Source of the DNA: Marsupella aquatica
Lineage: Eukaryota; Plantae; Marchantiophyta
Assembly: GCA_973895155.1 (NCBI GenBank)
Contig: OZ316891.1
Location: 8,557,875 to 8,621,874 of the forward strand
Length of the DNA stretch: 64,000 bases
Reading direction: 5' to 3'
Positions 25,301 to 39,318 of this stretch are shown piece by piece. The stretch's first letter is position 1. Each line of letters opens with the position of its first letter. Under the pieces are notes generated by a model that ran no database searches, was not told where the DNA came from, and worked only from the letters and a program-made list of their open reading frames with translations. A program made the position numbers and the translations under genes.

Positions 25301-26727
25301 TGCTCCGTTGCATGGGGCCCCTGTCTTAAGCAGTGCGGTAAACTGCATTGTAATTTCTATGCCAAATGCAATTCACCAGTGAGCAACCACTATTTCCATG
25401 ATCTTTGCCAGGAAATAGCCTTTTTCCAGATAATAATAATAATAATTACATATTACATACTATAATGGAAGTGTGGGCAGGAGTTTGAGATTGAAACGTA
25501 CTCCAAGAAAGCTCAGAAAAGCTTTGGGTTACAAGAGGTTTTGGGTTACAAGCTACACTAGTAATCCAGTACCAGACCATTATCCTATACATTGACCTGT
25601 TGGGTCTCTCATGATTGTGTTATCCTTACTCTGCCACTGTATTCCTTGAATTCTCTGACCAGTGGCTTCCTGATCCACATCAATTGGGCCCCATTGTTTC
25701 GACGACTGACTGTTGTGTCACTTTGTGTGGGGCGCATTCATTTGAGCTGTTGCCAAAATAGAGTCTAAAGTTTTCCTCTGGCTGAAATTGGGCTTGGCCC
25801 TACCGATGACTGTTGTTGTTGTTGCCCTGGCTTTTCTTGCTTTGCACAAAGTATCTTCGAACCTGTCTCCCTGCGTCCGGCACAGCTTGCAAGATTGCTG
25901 CACATGGCGTCACTAGAGGTAAGCAGATCTTGGGGCCTACAAGATGAAGTGTTTCTGGTGCTCACAACCTCCTCATCAACCGGCGAGGTCTACATTTGGA
26001 GTTTATAGATTGAAGCATTTGTGTGGGATTTTATAACTTTTTCTCCTCGGCCTCTCTCTTCGCTTCTCTCTCTGTCTCCACTACACTACAGGAGCTACAC
26101 GCAGCTACAGTCCCTGGGGGCCAATGCTTTGTTTTGACCTCGTGTGTCGAGCAGTGAGGATCGTTTTTTGTAGTGTATCTGGATAGCATATCCTGGTTTG
26201 CATTCTCTCTGTTTCCACCTACTTTTAGCTGTGAATATGTCACTTTCATCATCAACAGCAGAGCAGCTTGCATCATCAACGGGCATCTGTCCTGATTAAT
26301 TATTCCTATCTGCCGCGAACCACCCGTTGTTGTGTGTAGATTGTGTCCCTCAGCACTTTTGTGCACCCTTCGGCAATCGCTGCCTCTTCATCTCGGAGGC
26401 TTTCGCTCCTCTCAGTTTTTCTCTCATCTGCCTGCACTGGGATGGAGGGGGCTTGTGCTCCTGCCCTTTTGCTTTCCCTTCTCCTGGCCATGACTGATGA
26501 AGGTCATGATGGGACGGTGTCCATCCACCGACGTGGCTGACGGGGCTGGAGGTAGCGTAGCAGAAGGTGTCGTCAGGACGAGAATTCCTCCCAGCACCCA
26601 CCACAACGAGCTTGCGAACCTTGGTTGTGGGTCTGCTTTGCATTTACTCTTCTTCTGCTGCTGAAGACCAATTGAGGCACTGAATTTTGAGAACTTTGGG
26701 GGTTCCCAAGCTTGCTTGGAGTGCCTG

Positions 26728-29700
26728 ATGGGGAACAGGGGAAGCAATGATGGTTCCGGCGGTGATAAGGCGCTGTCCGACGGGGAGGAGTCTGCATCCG
26801 ACAAGCAGCTCTATCTCTCCCTCAAGCTGCACGAGACCCAGTCCTTACCCTCTGACTATGCGCCATATGTCACTGGTTCGTTGGATTGCCTCGGAGCATG
26901 GAACCCTTCGAAATCCGTAAGCTTCGGTCCAATTCTCTCTGTTTTTCCCTTTTGTGACTTTCATGTAGTAAATAAACAGAGCGAAGCGAAATTGTGTTCT
27001 TAGCTTGCAGTCCATCCATCCTCTCGAAAACACGGTGGGAAGTGAGACGAATCCTGAGAATTGTTGCAGTATGTCCTCAATTCTTGAATTGTTCCAGTAT
27101 GTCCTCAATTTTCCAAGAATAGTTCTCCATCGCGACTTACAGAAGCTCCTCTCGGGTCGCTGCCGGGATAAGAATCTGGGCTATCTGCATTGTTCCGTGG
27201 ATCGTGAATTTGTGTCATGCACCCTTTCCAATTCAGCAGGACGACAGGAGCCTAGTAAGTTGTTTTATAGCATCCCAATGGTCCTTACGTCCCTTACACG
27301 TTCAAAATCACATCAGGCCATTTGAATCCAAGGCTCACGATCTTGGAATTCGTTTAGAATGGGCTTCTGGACCTTTGGAATGTTGTACTCCCGTATGCCA
27401 ACGACCTTCTGTTGCGTTCATGTCGTCTACCCTCAAGCTGAACTGCTCTTCAGAGTAACTGCAGTATCTGAACAATGCGGGTCAAATATTTTAGGCACAC
27501 AATTTAAGCCGCATCTGAGGGTGTACAAAACACAGAACGGATGGATAGGAAGGTCAAAAGGATATTCTAACTTGTCGGATTTGTGTTTCTTCGTTTCAAG
27601 CAGGTGGCGTTGGAGAGAGAAACGGCGGCCTTGTGGGAGCTCACCTTTGTCGTTTCGGGCAGTCTAGGTTTGATGAAAACCTGCTACCTTCTAGCTCGTG
27701 ATCTCTTTAACTCAAGTCTGAAGAAGTAGCCCTGCTATAGTCTTTGCTCGCTGTAAGATCAAAACCTACTTCACCTCTCGGTATAAGACAGTTTGTCACA
27801 ATTCAGCCGTACAAATAATTTCACAGGTCCGGGAATCATATTGTCATCACGATTGATGGATATGTCAACCCAGCCACTCCAGAAGTTCATGCACCTTCGA
27901 GTGCTTCCCAGAATTCACCTCATTTGGGAGGGTTTTGGATAGTGCTCTCGACGATGTCTGTCCAAACTGTAGATGAAGCCAAGAATTGCTGCTGCTAGCT
28001 CAAGATAAACATAGCACAGGACCGAACAAAGTAAAAGCTTGGCAGTTGATCAGAGAGACTTCAGAGCCTACGTCGTCACCAGAAGCTTCTTCTATGAAAG
28101 ATGCCAGAATGAAGTGGTCGCTGTTTTCCGTGAGGAACGGTATTGCAGATATCTTCAGTCATCAATCAGTCAGCAAGATCAAAATGAGAGTTGGGCTATC
28201 AGAGAGACGGCCCCCTCAAGCCACAATTTGGCTCATTTCAGTCAGCCGTCCGTATTCTAACTAAAGTTGAAAAGCTAGCAGCAGTTTTCAACAGTAGCCG
28301 ATGTTAGTCAGCTTGGTATATCGTCTAGAATCGAAACACAGGCCCTGGGAATGGTCAGAGTACCCCCCTACCCAACACACACGTGACATCACAATTTTTC
28401 CTCCACTCAACGATTTCATCTGAAAGGAGAAGCTAAAGGTTTAGGAGGGTGTAGATCTTTGCGTCTATCTCAGGATCTGAACGAAACGAGCTATAGGGAT
28501 GCACGGATTAGAAAATCCTTAACTTCTCGCTCTTGATCTGATACAACCCCAAATTTGAGGTTTCTGTCGGTGAATGTGTGGATTTTATAAATATTGGGAT
28601 TTGTTCCTGGAGCCCGACGAAAGGGAATTAGATAGCTTTCACGGCCACCTTTGAAATTTGTATACAAATTAGAATGAATGTATGTCCTGTGTAAGGTTTA
28701 CGTCTTTCCAATAGGTAAGAATTGTGGGATTATTATCATGAGCACGACGAAATAGAATTGATGAATCTTTCATTGGAAAGTTTTGAAATGCGTGTGCAAA
28801 TTCTAACCAAGTGCTGCGGTTTCGAATTGGCAGAAGATGTGGAGTTCAAATACCTGCTGAAACCCAAGCAGAACAAGGAGTCTTACTTTATGGAGAGCGG
28901 GCCAAATCGAGCGCTCACCGGCGGCCGGGAGGGGAAGGATGCAACCCCCATTGCCTCATTTAAAGTGCCCGGAATGCTAGAGCCGCTGGAATTCCCCGTC
29001 ACTCTCACAGCAGATGCCGTGTCGCCCTTCACCCTGGCTGCGAGCTGGAGGATGCATAAGGAAAATCTCCGGTCTCACGGCACGATGGTTCGTGGCATCC
29101 CCGATGTGGTCAGCGATCTGTCCCCTCCTATCTCTGCCTCCAAGGTTCGTCTTACTCTTTTGCCTTTGACATTTCTGGTCCCGTTACTCGATTGTGTCTG
29201 TGTGAACTTCTTTATTCCATTCTCAACTTTCAGTTTCTCGAACTTTGCTTCTGTGGGTCTTGGAAGTCGTGTAAAATTTCTGGTCTAATGACCCGATCGA
29301 GTCCGAATGGACGTGTAAGTTCAAATTTCTGCCCTTTATTGCCTTTGTTCTTCCACAATTCGTGTGATGGCATGTCGAAGAGGAGCGCAACATGTCTGTA
29401 CTGCAAGTCCACATGTGCCGAAGAGGACTGCATGAATCTCTTCTTTCACTGACTGTTCATTCTCTATGTTTCTCGTTCTCTCCCAGTGCCCATGAGGATT
29501 GACAAATTGTGCCTCGCGGACTTCAGATTTATTCATATTCTCGCTTTCGGGCTACTTTGTGTCGAAGTCGAGGCGTTGATTACACCTTTTCTTCTCTCAA
29601 CCTTTCTACTCTACTTGTAGAGAACAGAGCCTCTCTAGCGGAACGACGTACTCCATTCCATCAGCTCTATGCGAACGAATCGCCCACTGATTCATTCAAC

Positions 29701-32700
29701 GCATTTTCATTGCCTGCATTGTCTCCACTGACATGGAACCTTATCTTCTTACGGGGGTTGTCCAATACTCTATCCCGGACTCCGAGTGCAAATTATTCCA
29801 TTCATTCTGTCTGTTGACTTCTAGATGCTATTTTCTAGTGCCCAAGCTTCTACTGTCGTAGTCGGCGTCAACCCACGCTGCTGCACCTCCAGACCCAGAT
29901 ACGAATAAGTTGGCATCTCTCCATGTTATTGGTGTCATACCCTCGTGCCGTTTGCGCCTTTCACAGGAGAGCTCATGTTTGCTTTGTGTTGACCCAGCCT
30001 ATTCGCTGAAGCTAAACATCTTTCCTCTGGGCAAAAGTGATGAGATACGAAGCTCTGCGTCACGCTCAATCCTAAAGCAATCGTTTGAATTGCTACCTGT
30101 TGGTGTTTCTCTCAGGAAGGGTGCTTGGTGGTGGCGCTGTCATGCTATCTGTGTGTCTGTTACCCCACCACCTTGCGTAAGATTCCCAACACTTCCAGCG
30201 TCTCCCCCTGACTTGTACCTACTGTTGTACGCTAGAGCTCTAGGCAACCAGATTCTATCGTAGAGGGATAAACGCTTTCTGTCTCTCTCTGCTTTTCTCT
30301 CTTTCGTACTTCTTTTGTCTTACTGTATGTCGCAATCGGGACCAGCAGACTTCGCTCTCTACACCTCCTTGACAACTTGTCCCTCAGGGTCACGGTTTTC
30401 TCTGAGCTCCACGCCTCAGTCTTCCTGATCTCCTCCCCTCCTCTCCGGTCCACCCCTGCTGTCCACCACCCTCAACCGTTGCACTGTCAGCGCAGTGCAT
30501 CTACTGTAGAGGACGGGAAAAAGCGCTCTTATCTTCGTTCAACGCCATTGGAGCCCATTGACCAGAACGTCATACACTCACTCGTTCTTTTGGGTGTAAT
30601 CACATCTATTGGGACAGATTCGAAGCAATTCGAATGAGTCCTCTTCCGAGGGAGTGAATGGCATTGTGGGCGCGGTAATCGGCCCCTCCAGCAGGTACTA
30701 CCTACTGTAGTTTAAAGACTTGGAGCTTCGTACTTCGGATCGGTTCAACAGCAGCAGCCGTGCAAGCAAAACTTGAGCCTTATGGTAGAGGAAGGGGTAT
30801 CAACGAATCTCTCTCATCCATCTGATGAATGAATGGATGAATGAATGGATGAATGAATGAATGGCTTCTCCTTCGTTTCGGCTACACTGGGCGTTTCCGA
30901 GATGAGTGCGGTTTTAACAATTTGTGGTTGTTGGTTGGTTTGTTGGGATATTTTGCTGTCCTTCTGGTCTGGTCCGGTGTGGGCTGCAGCCGAGAGGGTC
31001 GCAGGTGCTGGAGCTGGACCTGCATCATTACGAGGTGCCTACCCCAGCAGCGTCTGCGACCGATCTCGAAGGAAACGGAAGAGGAGAAGGAGGGCCCCAG
31101 TACGTGGCCAACGCAGCAGAAGATCCCCGCTCAGTCTTGCACCGCTCCGCCTCCTTGCCGGTGCCATTTTCTTCTGACAGCCAAAATCCTTTTGGGAGGT
31201 TGGCGAAGGTGGACTCAACTGAATCCAGGGACCGATGCGTGTCTATCAAGGTATCTATTCCTCCGTTCTAGCAGCGGTAGCTTGCTCGGCAGCCCAGCCC
31301 AGCCCAGCCCAGCCCAGCCCAATCTCCTCAGCTCAGCCTCAGCTTGACTTCATACAGTAGCTCGAGACGGAGTGAATGGTTTCCCACAACCCTGGTCGAT
31401 GACCTTTAAGGAACACTGGTCTCAGTGGGCTCTCATGCCCTGAGATGGGAGAGATTCTGTCTTGTATGCACCATCCTGAGACTACGGTGGTATCTATGCA
31501 GGCTTTGGCACCGGCAATTGAACTGAACAGTTCTTCAATCTCCTTAATTAGACTTGAAGAATTTGGTTTTTTCTTGGGTTTCGAACAGTAAGCTTTACTC
31601 AGAATGCACTGAATTAGCTTTCAAATGAGAGAAAAACCTGTTCTCCTCAGGAAGGCAAGTACAGGACGAAAAATAGTATAGAAAATGGTCTGAAGAGAGG
31701 ATGACGCGAGGGGCCGATAAATCACAAATATAGATTCCACAACGAACGCATGAGAGAGGAGAGAGAGAGAGACTTGTGGCCATAGAATTGACAGGATCGT
31801 CATAACGGAGCAGGTACGGGCGCGGAATGGTATCTCTTACTGTAGACATTCAGAATCTGTCGGAGTGAGGAATACGTAATGTGGTCGAATTTGGTTCGCA
31901 TTTTTTCGCGCCTTTGTTTAGGCGAGCAGCACGAACAGGAAGACTGGCATACGAGGAGGCACAGAGCTGAGACGCAATGTGGTGCAATTTATGTAATGCA
32001 GGATCTAGTAGTTCTCGGGGGTGGAGGATCACCTTTGACGCAGAAGGGAAGTAGCGCAACACCTGGTGGTGTGTCGAAGACGGTGGGCACAGACCCATTT
32101 TCTCCCAGGATCACAGAAGACCATCAGGGTATCTTCGTCGTCAAAGGGGCTGAAAGCTCTCCCGGACTATTTAAGCTGAAGAGCGACGTCAACCTCACCA
32201 TGCTGGACGGAGAAGCCAGCATTATCTCTGATGAGAATGAGGTAATGTACTGAGGGAAAGAGCCTCAAACACTCAAAATCTGGCCCCGTCCTGTGTCTCA
32301 GAAAGCCGAGGGCATGCCGTGATTTAGTCATGGCTTCAAATTGTCCCTACCTTGTGGACAAATGTTAAAGCTGGTTGAAGAGCTGTTACTGCCATGCGTT
32401 TCTGAAATTAGAGTGTTTTACGGTTAGTGTAACCAATGTGGAGCAGCACTCGGCAGATCGTAGTGTCTTTTTGGTTTTGAGGGGACGGGGGCGAATCGGT
32501 TCATAGATTTGTTTCTTGGCAATGTGTTTTTTCAATGTGTTTATTTCACGTCTGCAGGATATGCCAGAGGCTGCTGGAGCAGTAGCAGCAGCTGCAGTGG
32601 CGGATCGCTTATTGGGGCCTAGAGAGCGCCGACAGTTGGCAATTGTCCTGGTATCTTACGCGTAGAACCAGCTGCGTTTCCTCCTTGCTTGGTAGCAGGT

Positions 32701-35700
32701 CAACAATACAAATTAGGATGTCATTGTTATATGCAATACCGAGCTGTGACCTCCTTGATTCTTAATTCTGTTAAGAATGGAAGTGAGAAGTAGTCCATTA
32801 ACTCCGGCCCCGGTTAAGCATGCAAACTTCGGTTTCGATTTTCCTGGAATGGCACCATGCCCCCTGTTTAGTAGAGCTGTTACTCTAGTTCTTTAGATCC
32901 GTCATGGAGCATAGTTGGCAGTTCCCTTAGTGACAGTCATCTTGACGAGAGCGTTGGTTGCACAGGTCGGTCTGCCTGCCCGGGGAAAGACATTCACAGC
33001 GGCGAAGTTAACTCGATACTTGCGTTGGCTTGGTCATGATACCAAGCATTTTAACGTGGGGAAAGTAAGATTTTTGTTGTTTGCACGTACCAATGTCACC
33101 AATTTGTAGCTTTCTAAAGGGTTGTTGGTTCTGCCGAGTGGTCAGTTTGACTGAAGGTCTTCAAATGGCTTGATTTTGCAGTACCGTCGCCTGAAGCATG
33201 GATGTAGCCAGGTACAGTTTTGCCTCCAACAATTTGACATTTAGCAATGAGCTACTAGGACTAAATGGTGCACTCTAGCTGATCGGCGCTGTTTTTTTAC
33301 ATCCTTGCAAAACTTTTGGGAGACCCAGATTACTCCTCTCCACTGAAATAATCTCTTCTACTCTGTGCTATTTAGTCAGCAGATTTTTTCCGTGCCGACA
33401 ATCGAGAAGGTGTCGATGCAAGGAATGAGGTACGCTTTCTCCAAAATGCGGTAGTTGTGCCAGATGGTCTGAACGCTTATCCGGTATTTGACAGATGAAC
33501 TCAGTCATTGTATTCCTTCGAGAGTGTATTTTTAGTTAGGGACGAAATTTTCTTGATTAGGAGTTTCGTTGGATTCTAACAATTCCTAATTCTGCTCTCA
33601 AATGCATTTTCTGTGTACAGGTAGCCATTTTAGCTATGGAGGATATGTTGTCATGGATGTCAGAAGGTGGTCAGGTATGCAAGATTCTTAAAACGTTTCT
33701 TTTCTTGAAGTTAATTCAGTAAATCCTGAAAGGGCGATCGACAAAAACGTTGCAATATTCCACTGCAGAAATCGATCGAGGATGTATTTCTAGCAGCACA
33801 AGAACGCTGCTGGATAATAAATAACTACCTGAACTTATTCGTATGATGGCATTGACCAAGTAATGTACCGTACATTTTCTCCAGGTTGGCGTGTTTGATG
33901 CCACCAACAGTACCAATGAAAGGCGGCACTTGCTTCTGGGGTTGGCGGAGGGCAAGTGCAAGGTAAAATTTTGACCTCAATCTAGTTTCGTTGATAGATC
34001 TGAGAGGGTGGTATACGTTTATGCTAAACTCGTTAAGCTGCAAGCTACTGCCATAACATGTTTGAAGCTCCCGGGTCGTGCCCACTGAATAGAATATCGC
34101 GTTGTAGCAAACCTTATAACCGTCCTGGTATATTTATGCAAGTTTAAGAGGGCAGTTTCTAATGCAGAGGAAGCACTTCTAATTTCATTAGGTGGATTTG
34201 TACGGTCCTGGTTAGCTCTAACCCAACAATACAGGCACCAATTCACTTTTGACCGGTAGTCTATTTCATTCTCATTTGGAAAGATGAGGCTGGAGTATTT
34301 TGCCTTTTCTTATACTTGTTTTACAGGTGATATTTCTTGAAACTATCTGCAATGATAAATCAGTCATTGATCAAAACGTTCGTCTCAAAATTCAGCAGAG
34401 CCCTGACTACGCTGACATGTGAGTGCTTCACGAAAGTAGGTATCATACCAGCATTTTTAGATTAAACAACCAAAGGGTACGTGGTATTTGTTTTGACCTG
34501 CTAATATTTGTGAGCCCGTTATTCTCCACCTTATTCTTGGCTATCCTGGTGATGAGAGTAATGACGGACACCGGTGTACCAATTCAGATCTTATCTATAT
34601 CTTTTAATCAATGGCAACGTTTAGTGTTCATGCCTCTATGAATCTCTCAAATTATGAAAGTCAATGTTAACAAGATGCCCTCTGTTCTGTGCTAACAGGA
34701 CAGACTATGAAACGGCTATTGCGGATTTTAGAACCCGCTTGGAAAACTATGAGCGTGTAAGGATCTTGGCATTTCTATCAGAAGAATGCGTTAGGCTTTG
34801 ATTCATCAGTATTAAATTTTTGTGTTGTTTTGGACATTCCTCCATATTATGTTCTACAGTCTTTACTGGCTTTCTGTGTTGCTACTTCTTGAAATTTGAC
34901 GTCAAGATTCTGTCGTCGTTTCTTCACTTGGGCTGTTACTAGTATTTTTCTTCTTGCTTTGTACTGTATGAAAATCTCTTACAACTTTTTTCGAGATGAA
35001 TCTACCTCCAGTCTGTAGAGAATTCCATGTTTCACCTCATTGGAGCATTCTTCTGATTTTTGGATTCATTTCTTGGCATTCGATGAAGGTATACGAAACT
35101 GTCACGGAAGGTTCCTACATCAAAATGATCGATACGGCAACAAGTGGTACAACAGGTCAAATGCAAGTAAGTGCAAAGATTGTCTAAGAAAATTTCTTTG
35201 TAACATCGTCTAGCAGATTTCTGTAGCATGTGGCAAACTCGGGAAAGCCTGCCAATAACTGTGTACTCATGCTCGTGGAAGGTTGAAGATCAATAGAAAA
35301 GCTGGTGTATTTGTCAAATTAAGTACATTCTACAGCGATTGCAGAGGAACAGTCAAGTTATTCGGTTTGCACAAGTTGCATCTAAGTAAAGGGTGTGGTT
35401 TCCTCCATGACATTAACTTATGAACGGTGTCGCAGGTGAGCAACATAAGTGGGTACTTGCCAGGACGCATTGTATTTTTCTTGGTATGCAACAACTTCTC
35501 TCTCTAGCTTCGTCTCGAGTGGCTTCTATGAAGAATGTAAAAGGAAGCAATTGGTTACATGGAATGCATAACTTGAGATCTTTGTGATTCCTTGCAGTTG
35601 ATGCAGAGGATCTTCAGCCTCCTCAATTCTATGATACATGCGATAGGTCGTAGTCACCTGCTTGGATATCTGATTAGTTGTCTAGAGTTACTGATCGAAA

Positions 35701-37455
35701 AGTTGATTTGCACCTGCACAGGTAAATACACACATCACTCCACGACCCATTCTGCTAACGCGCCATGGGGAGAGTGCTGACAATCTTAGGGGTCGAATTG
35801 GTGGTGATCCAGTTTTGAGGTATCTCTCCCACCTAACCGTCGTCTTTGATTAGCGCAGTTGTCGGGATAGAGCTGATGTATAGACCATCTGTGGTATTGC
35901 AAGCGTTTGGTGAATACTGAGGTGACATGCACATGCAATATCTCAGTGCAGTTGGGGATAAGTATGCATCGAAACTAGCAGACTTTGTGCACAAACGGCT
36001 GAAGAATGAGCGAACTGCTTCTGTAAGAGGACAATCTACTACCATCGCCCAACACACTATAAGGCCACTTTTGTATGACATGCTCAGAATGATGTTGTTT
36101 GGAAGCACTGTACTTGCTTCGGCCCTGGGAGTGTCTTTCGATCCACGGCCAACGGTAGTGTCAGCTGTTGAGAGAAATTAGTGTTCCAATCCTATCTGGA
36201 TGATACTTCCAATTCGATGCCTTCAGCTTTTCCTGCTGAGTAGCACGGGCCATTTTTTCTTGCTGTCATACCAACCGTGTGACTGTTGGGTTCATGCTCA
36301 GATTTGGACGAGCACTCTGCAGAGGACAATTATCACTGGTCGCCATGTTGCAGGATTTCCAAAGGTAAGTAGAAAAACATTTGGGCGAAGTTGACTTCAG
36401 TGTAGAATGACAGGAACAGGTTCATTTCACATTAAGCGATCAACCTAGAGCTGGACATGTTCTCAGGAAAATTGGTTGTTCTTGGTGTAGGTACAATGGC
36501 GGGCCTTGGATGAAATAAATGCCGGAGTCTGCGACGGTATGACCTATGAAGAGATAAAACAAAATATGCCAGAAGAATACTTGTAAGAACATTTGTCCCG
36601 TTTTTAGCTATCATGAAGTTTCACTTAAGTTTCGCAACTGAAGCTGAAGTCTCATAAGTTTCTCCGACTGCAGGGCCAGAAAGCAAGACAAACTGCGGTA
36701 TCGGTATCCTCGCGGTGAATCATATTTGGATGTTATTCAACGGTAGGAGGCTTACTCCTTCACAGCCATCAAAAGATGTCTTCTTACCATCAATGTGGAT
36801 ATTCCTGATATAATCATATGCTTACATTTTGCAGACTAGAGCCAGTTATCATTGAGCTTGAACGGCAGCGATCACCGGTTGTTGTCATTGCCCATCAAGT
36901 GAGTCCTGCTCTATCAAAAGCTTACTTCGAGTGGTTGTTTTTGCGTGTGGAGCTCATGACTCGTCATTTATTTTCTGGAACGAAAACAAAATTTAACGGG
37001 CTTTCTCTGCGGATTCCTGCAGGCCGTTTTACGTGCACTTTACGCGTATTTCGCAGACAAACCTCTTAAAGAGGTTCCTCATATTGAGGTCCGGTTCTTT
37101 CTGCAGACATAAATTAGCACCTATTACTCTCTTCGATTGCAACGTTTCAAGTTTTTTTATCTGAAGATTTTTCATCGGTAGTATCACAGGATTGTCTCGC
37201 CAAAATTGTATCTTTAATTTGAGAGCTTATCATGGCCTGTGGTTCTGTATTTCGTACTACTTTCGTAAAAGCTTCCCATGAGTTTGTGCAAAGTGGAATC
37301 AATTGATCAGAGTGCGGAGGTTGTGTTTTGCAGCTAACGTGGGAATTCTTCCCCTGATCTTATTTTCCATGCCACAGATGCCATTGCACACGATTATTGA
37401 GATTCAGATGGGTGTCGCCGGTGTTCAAGAAAAGCGGTACAAACTCATGGAGTAA
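26728..37455 (+). CDS. F2KP: Bifunctional 6-phosphofructo-2-kinase/fructose-2,6-bisphosphatase with N-terminal CBM20 region, >20 exons
   Basis: Start MGNRGS (MGxxxS myristoylation-type). Exons 26728-26916 (QLYLSLK...LGAWNPSKS), 27604-27667 (LWELTFVV), 28834-29144 (FKYLLKPK...VRGIPDV), 30990-31250 ([11 protein letters not shown]), 32002-32241, 32558-32650 ([12 protein letters not shown]); P-loop VGLPARGKT from 32966; GVFDATN; IFLETICND; LLTRHGES (35722-35820); IWTSTLQRT; [15 protein letters not shown]; last exon [25 protein letters not shown] ending 37455. Confidence 0.96.
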
Positions 37456-37999
37456 AGAGGAGACAGGGTTCTAGATTCGGTTGCACTGGCAGATCCAATT
37501 TTCTCATTGTCATATTTGATGGCATTGCGGAAGAGCTTGTGCTCAAATTGCCTTCGTCCTGAAGCTTGGCTTTTCAACCCTACTGGAGAAAGTCTCAACT
37601 TCAAGATACATCTTCGTGAGTACTTTTGAAGGGGAAAGAAATTCTTCTACTCACGCGAACACTGCCGAAACCGTTTGTGTAAGATGCTCAAATCCTAACT
37701 GTATTATAACAATTTTTCAGACCTGCTCAGGTCTTTCACTGCCTTGTTGACGACGATTTAGAATCGTATAGTTGAAACGATGGAGTGCTACGTTTCGACT
37801 GGATCCCTTTTCATTTTAGCTTCAGATCGTTAACATCAGATTTGGGATATCTGCCTCGTTTTGGAGAATGAAGGTGATTGTCAATAGCTCTCTAATTTGG
37901 CAACTCTTTTTCATCGTGTAACTTTCCCAATCACAGCAATCTTTGACTGTTTTGCCTTGAAACATCCAATAATTCCATTCAAAAGTTCAGCATACAACA

Positions 38000-38900
38000 G
38001 GGTGGCCCATTGAAAAGGGACTAGAGGTTGAAGTGCCAGAAGCCAGGGTGCAAGGGCGAAGATAGTGACCAGGCCTCAACAAGGAGACAGCTAAGCATGA
38101 CCATCAACTACTGTAAGGGGAGCAGAACACTATCTAAGACCCACCAGTGAAATAATGCTGACTGGGGGCTACCCAGTGGGTCGGTGACAAAAAAGAACCT
38201 TGCCCATCTAGGTACAGGTCAAGCCACTACCTTGAAGGCAACCTACAATTGTCGATGTGTAGGATGACTACAGATCTTATGACGGGGGACCTGAGGAATC
38301 TCCTCATGCATCTGATCAAAGGCCAGCATAAGATCTGTAGTCAAAAGACACATTCACAAGTATGTTGCTGGCCGTGGCCTCCCCCATCCGCAGCTTGTCT
38401 GAGATGAGCCCAATCCCTGCGCATGTAGACATCCCTGTGCCAGGATTTTCTAATGATCACACGAGGGTCAGAGTCCGTATGTTTCAATTAGATGTGAGCT
38501 CCTATCCTTTCCTGAATTGAAGGTGGGGGCTGAGTGGTATCCACCTGCATCAAGAAGCCATTACACACTGTGAAGGTTTGCATCTCAATGCAAGCAGGAA
38601 AGCAGACCTTCCACTGCAAGGTGCAATGGTTTCTGTGCACCTTGAATTCCTAGACGACATGCATGAGATTTGGAAGAATTTCTTCCATGAACATTGTAAC
38701 CTTGGGGCAACAGCCATGATCAAATTCTGGGACTCTTTGCAGTTGCTGATCAACTTGCAATAAGCCATGATGCAGTTATGGGGCAACAGATTACGTAGGC
38801 TGTCCTCCCAGGTTAAGAAGTGACCTTGAATAGACAAGACGTCCTGCATAACCTTGAAAGCAAGGGGGGCTCTCTATTTAGGTAGGGGCTCTGTTTAGTT
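38000..38900 (-). mobile_element. Decayed LINE ORF2 C-terminal fragment
   Basis: Broken minus-strand frames (GHFLTWEDSL...; xKILAQG...) resemble non-LTR retrotransposon C-terminal/zf-RVT regions; many stops. Confidence 0.35.
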
Positions 38901-39000
38901 GACATCTATTAGCCTATAATTCATAAGCATTGAATTTTCTTAAACAATAGACATATAAATTACAGGGCATCCTTGGATAGTGTCCTACAGTAGTTGCCTG

Positions 39001-39318
39001 ATTGAGTTTGGAGAGTTTACCTTCTCAATGTTTTCTCATGAAAAGGATGAGTGCCTATAGCACAAATAAATAGTTAAACTATAGGAATATGATAAGGTGT
39101 CATAATAAAAAGATTAATATAAATTTAAGTAACATACTTAAAACTAGGTACTTGAAAAAATTGAGTTTGGAGAGTTTACCTTCTCAATGAATTCTCATGA
39201 AAAGGATGAGTGCCTATAGCATAAATAAATAGTTAAACTATAGGAATATGATAAGGTGTCATAATAAAAAGATAAATATAAATTTAAGCAACATACTTAA
39301 AACTAGGTACTTGAAAAA
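39001..39318 (+). repeat. ~159-bp near-perfect tandem duplication (x2)
   Basis: attgagtttggagagtttacc...aaactaggtacttgaaaaa repeated from 39001 and 39160. Confidence 0.92.
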
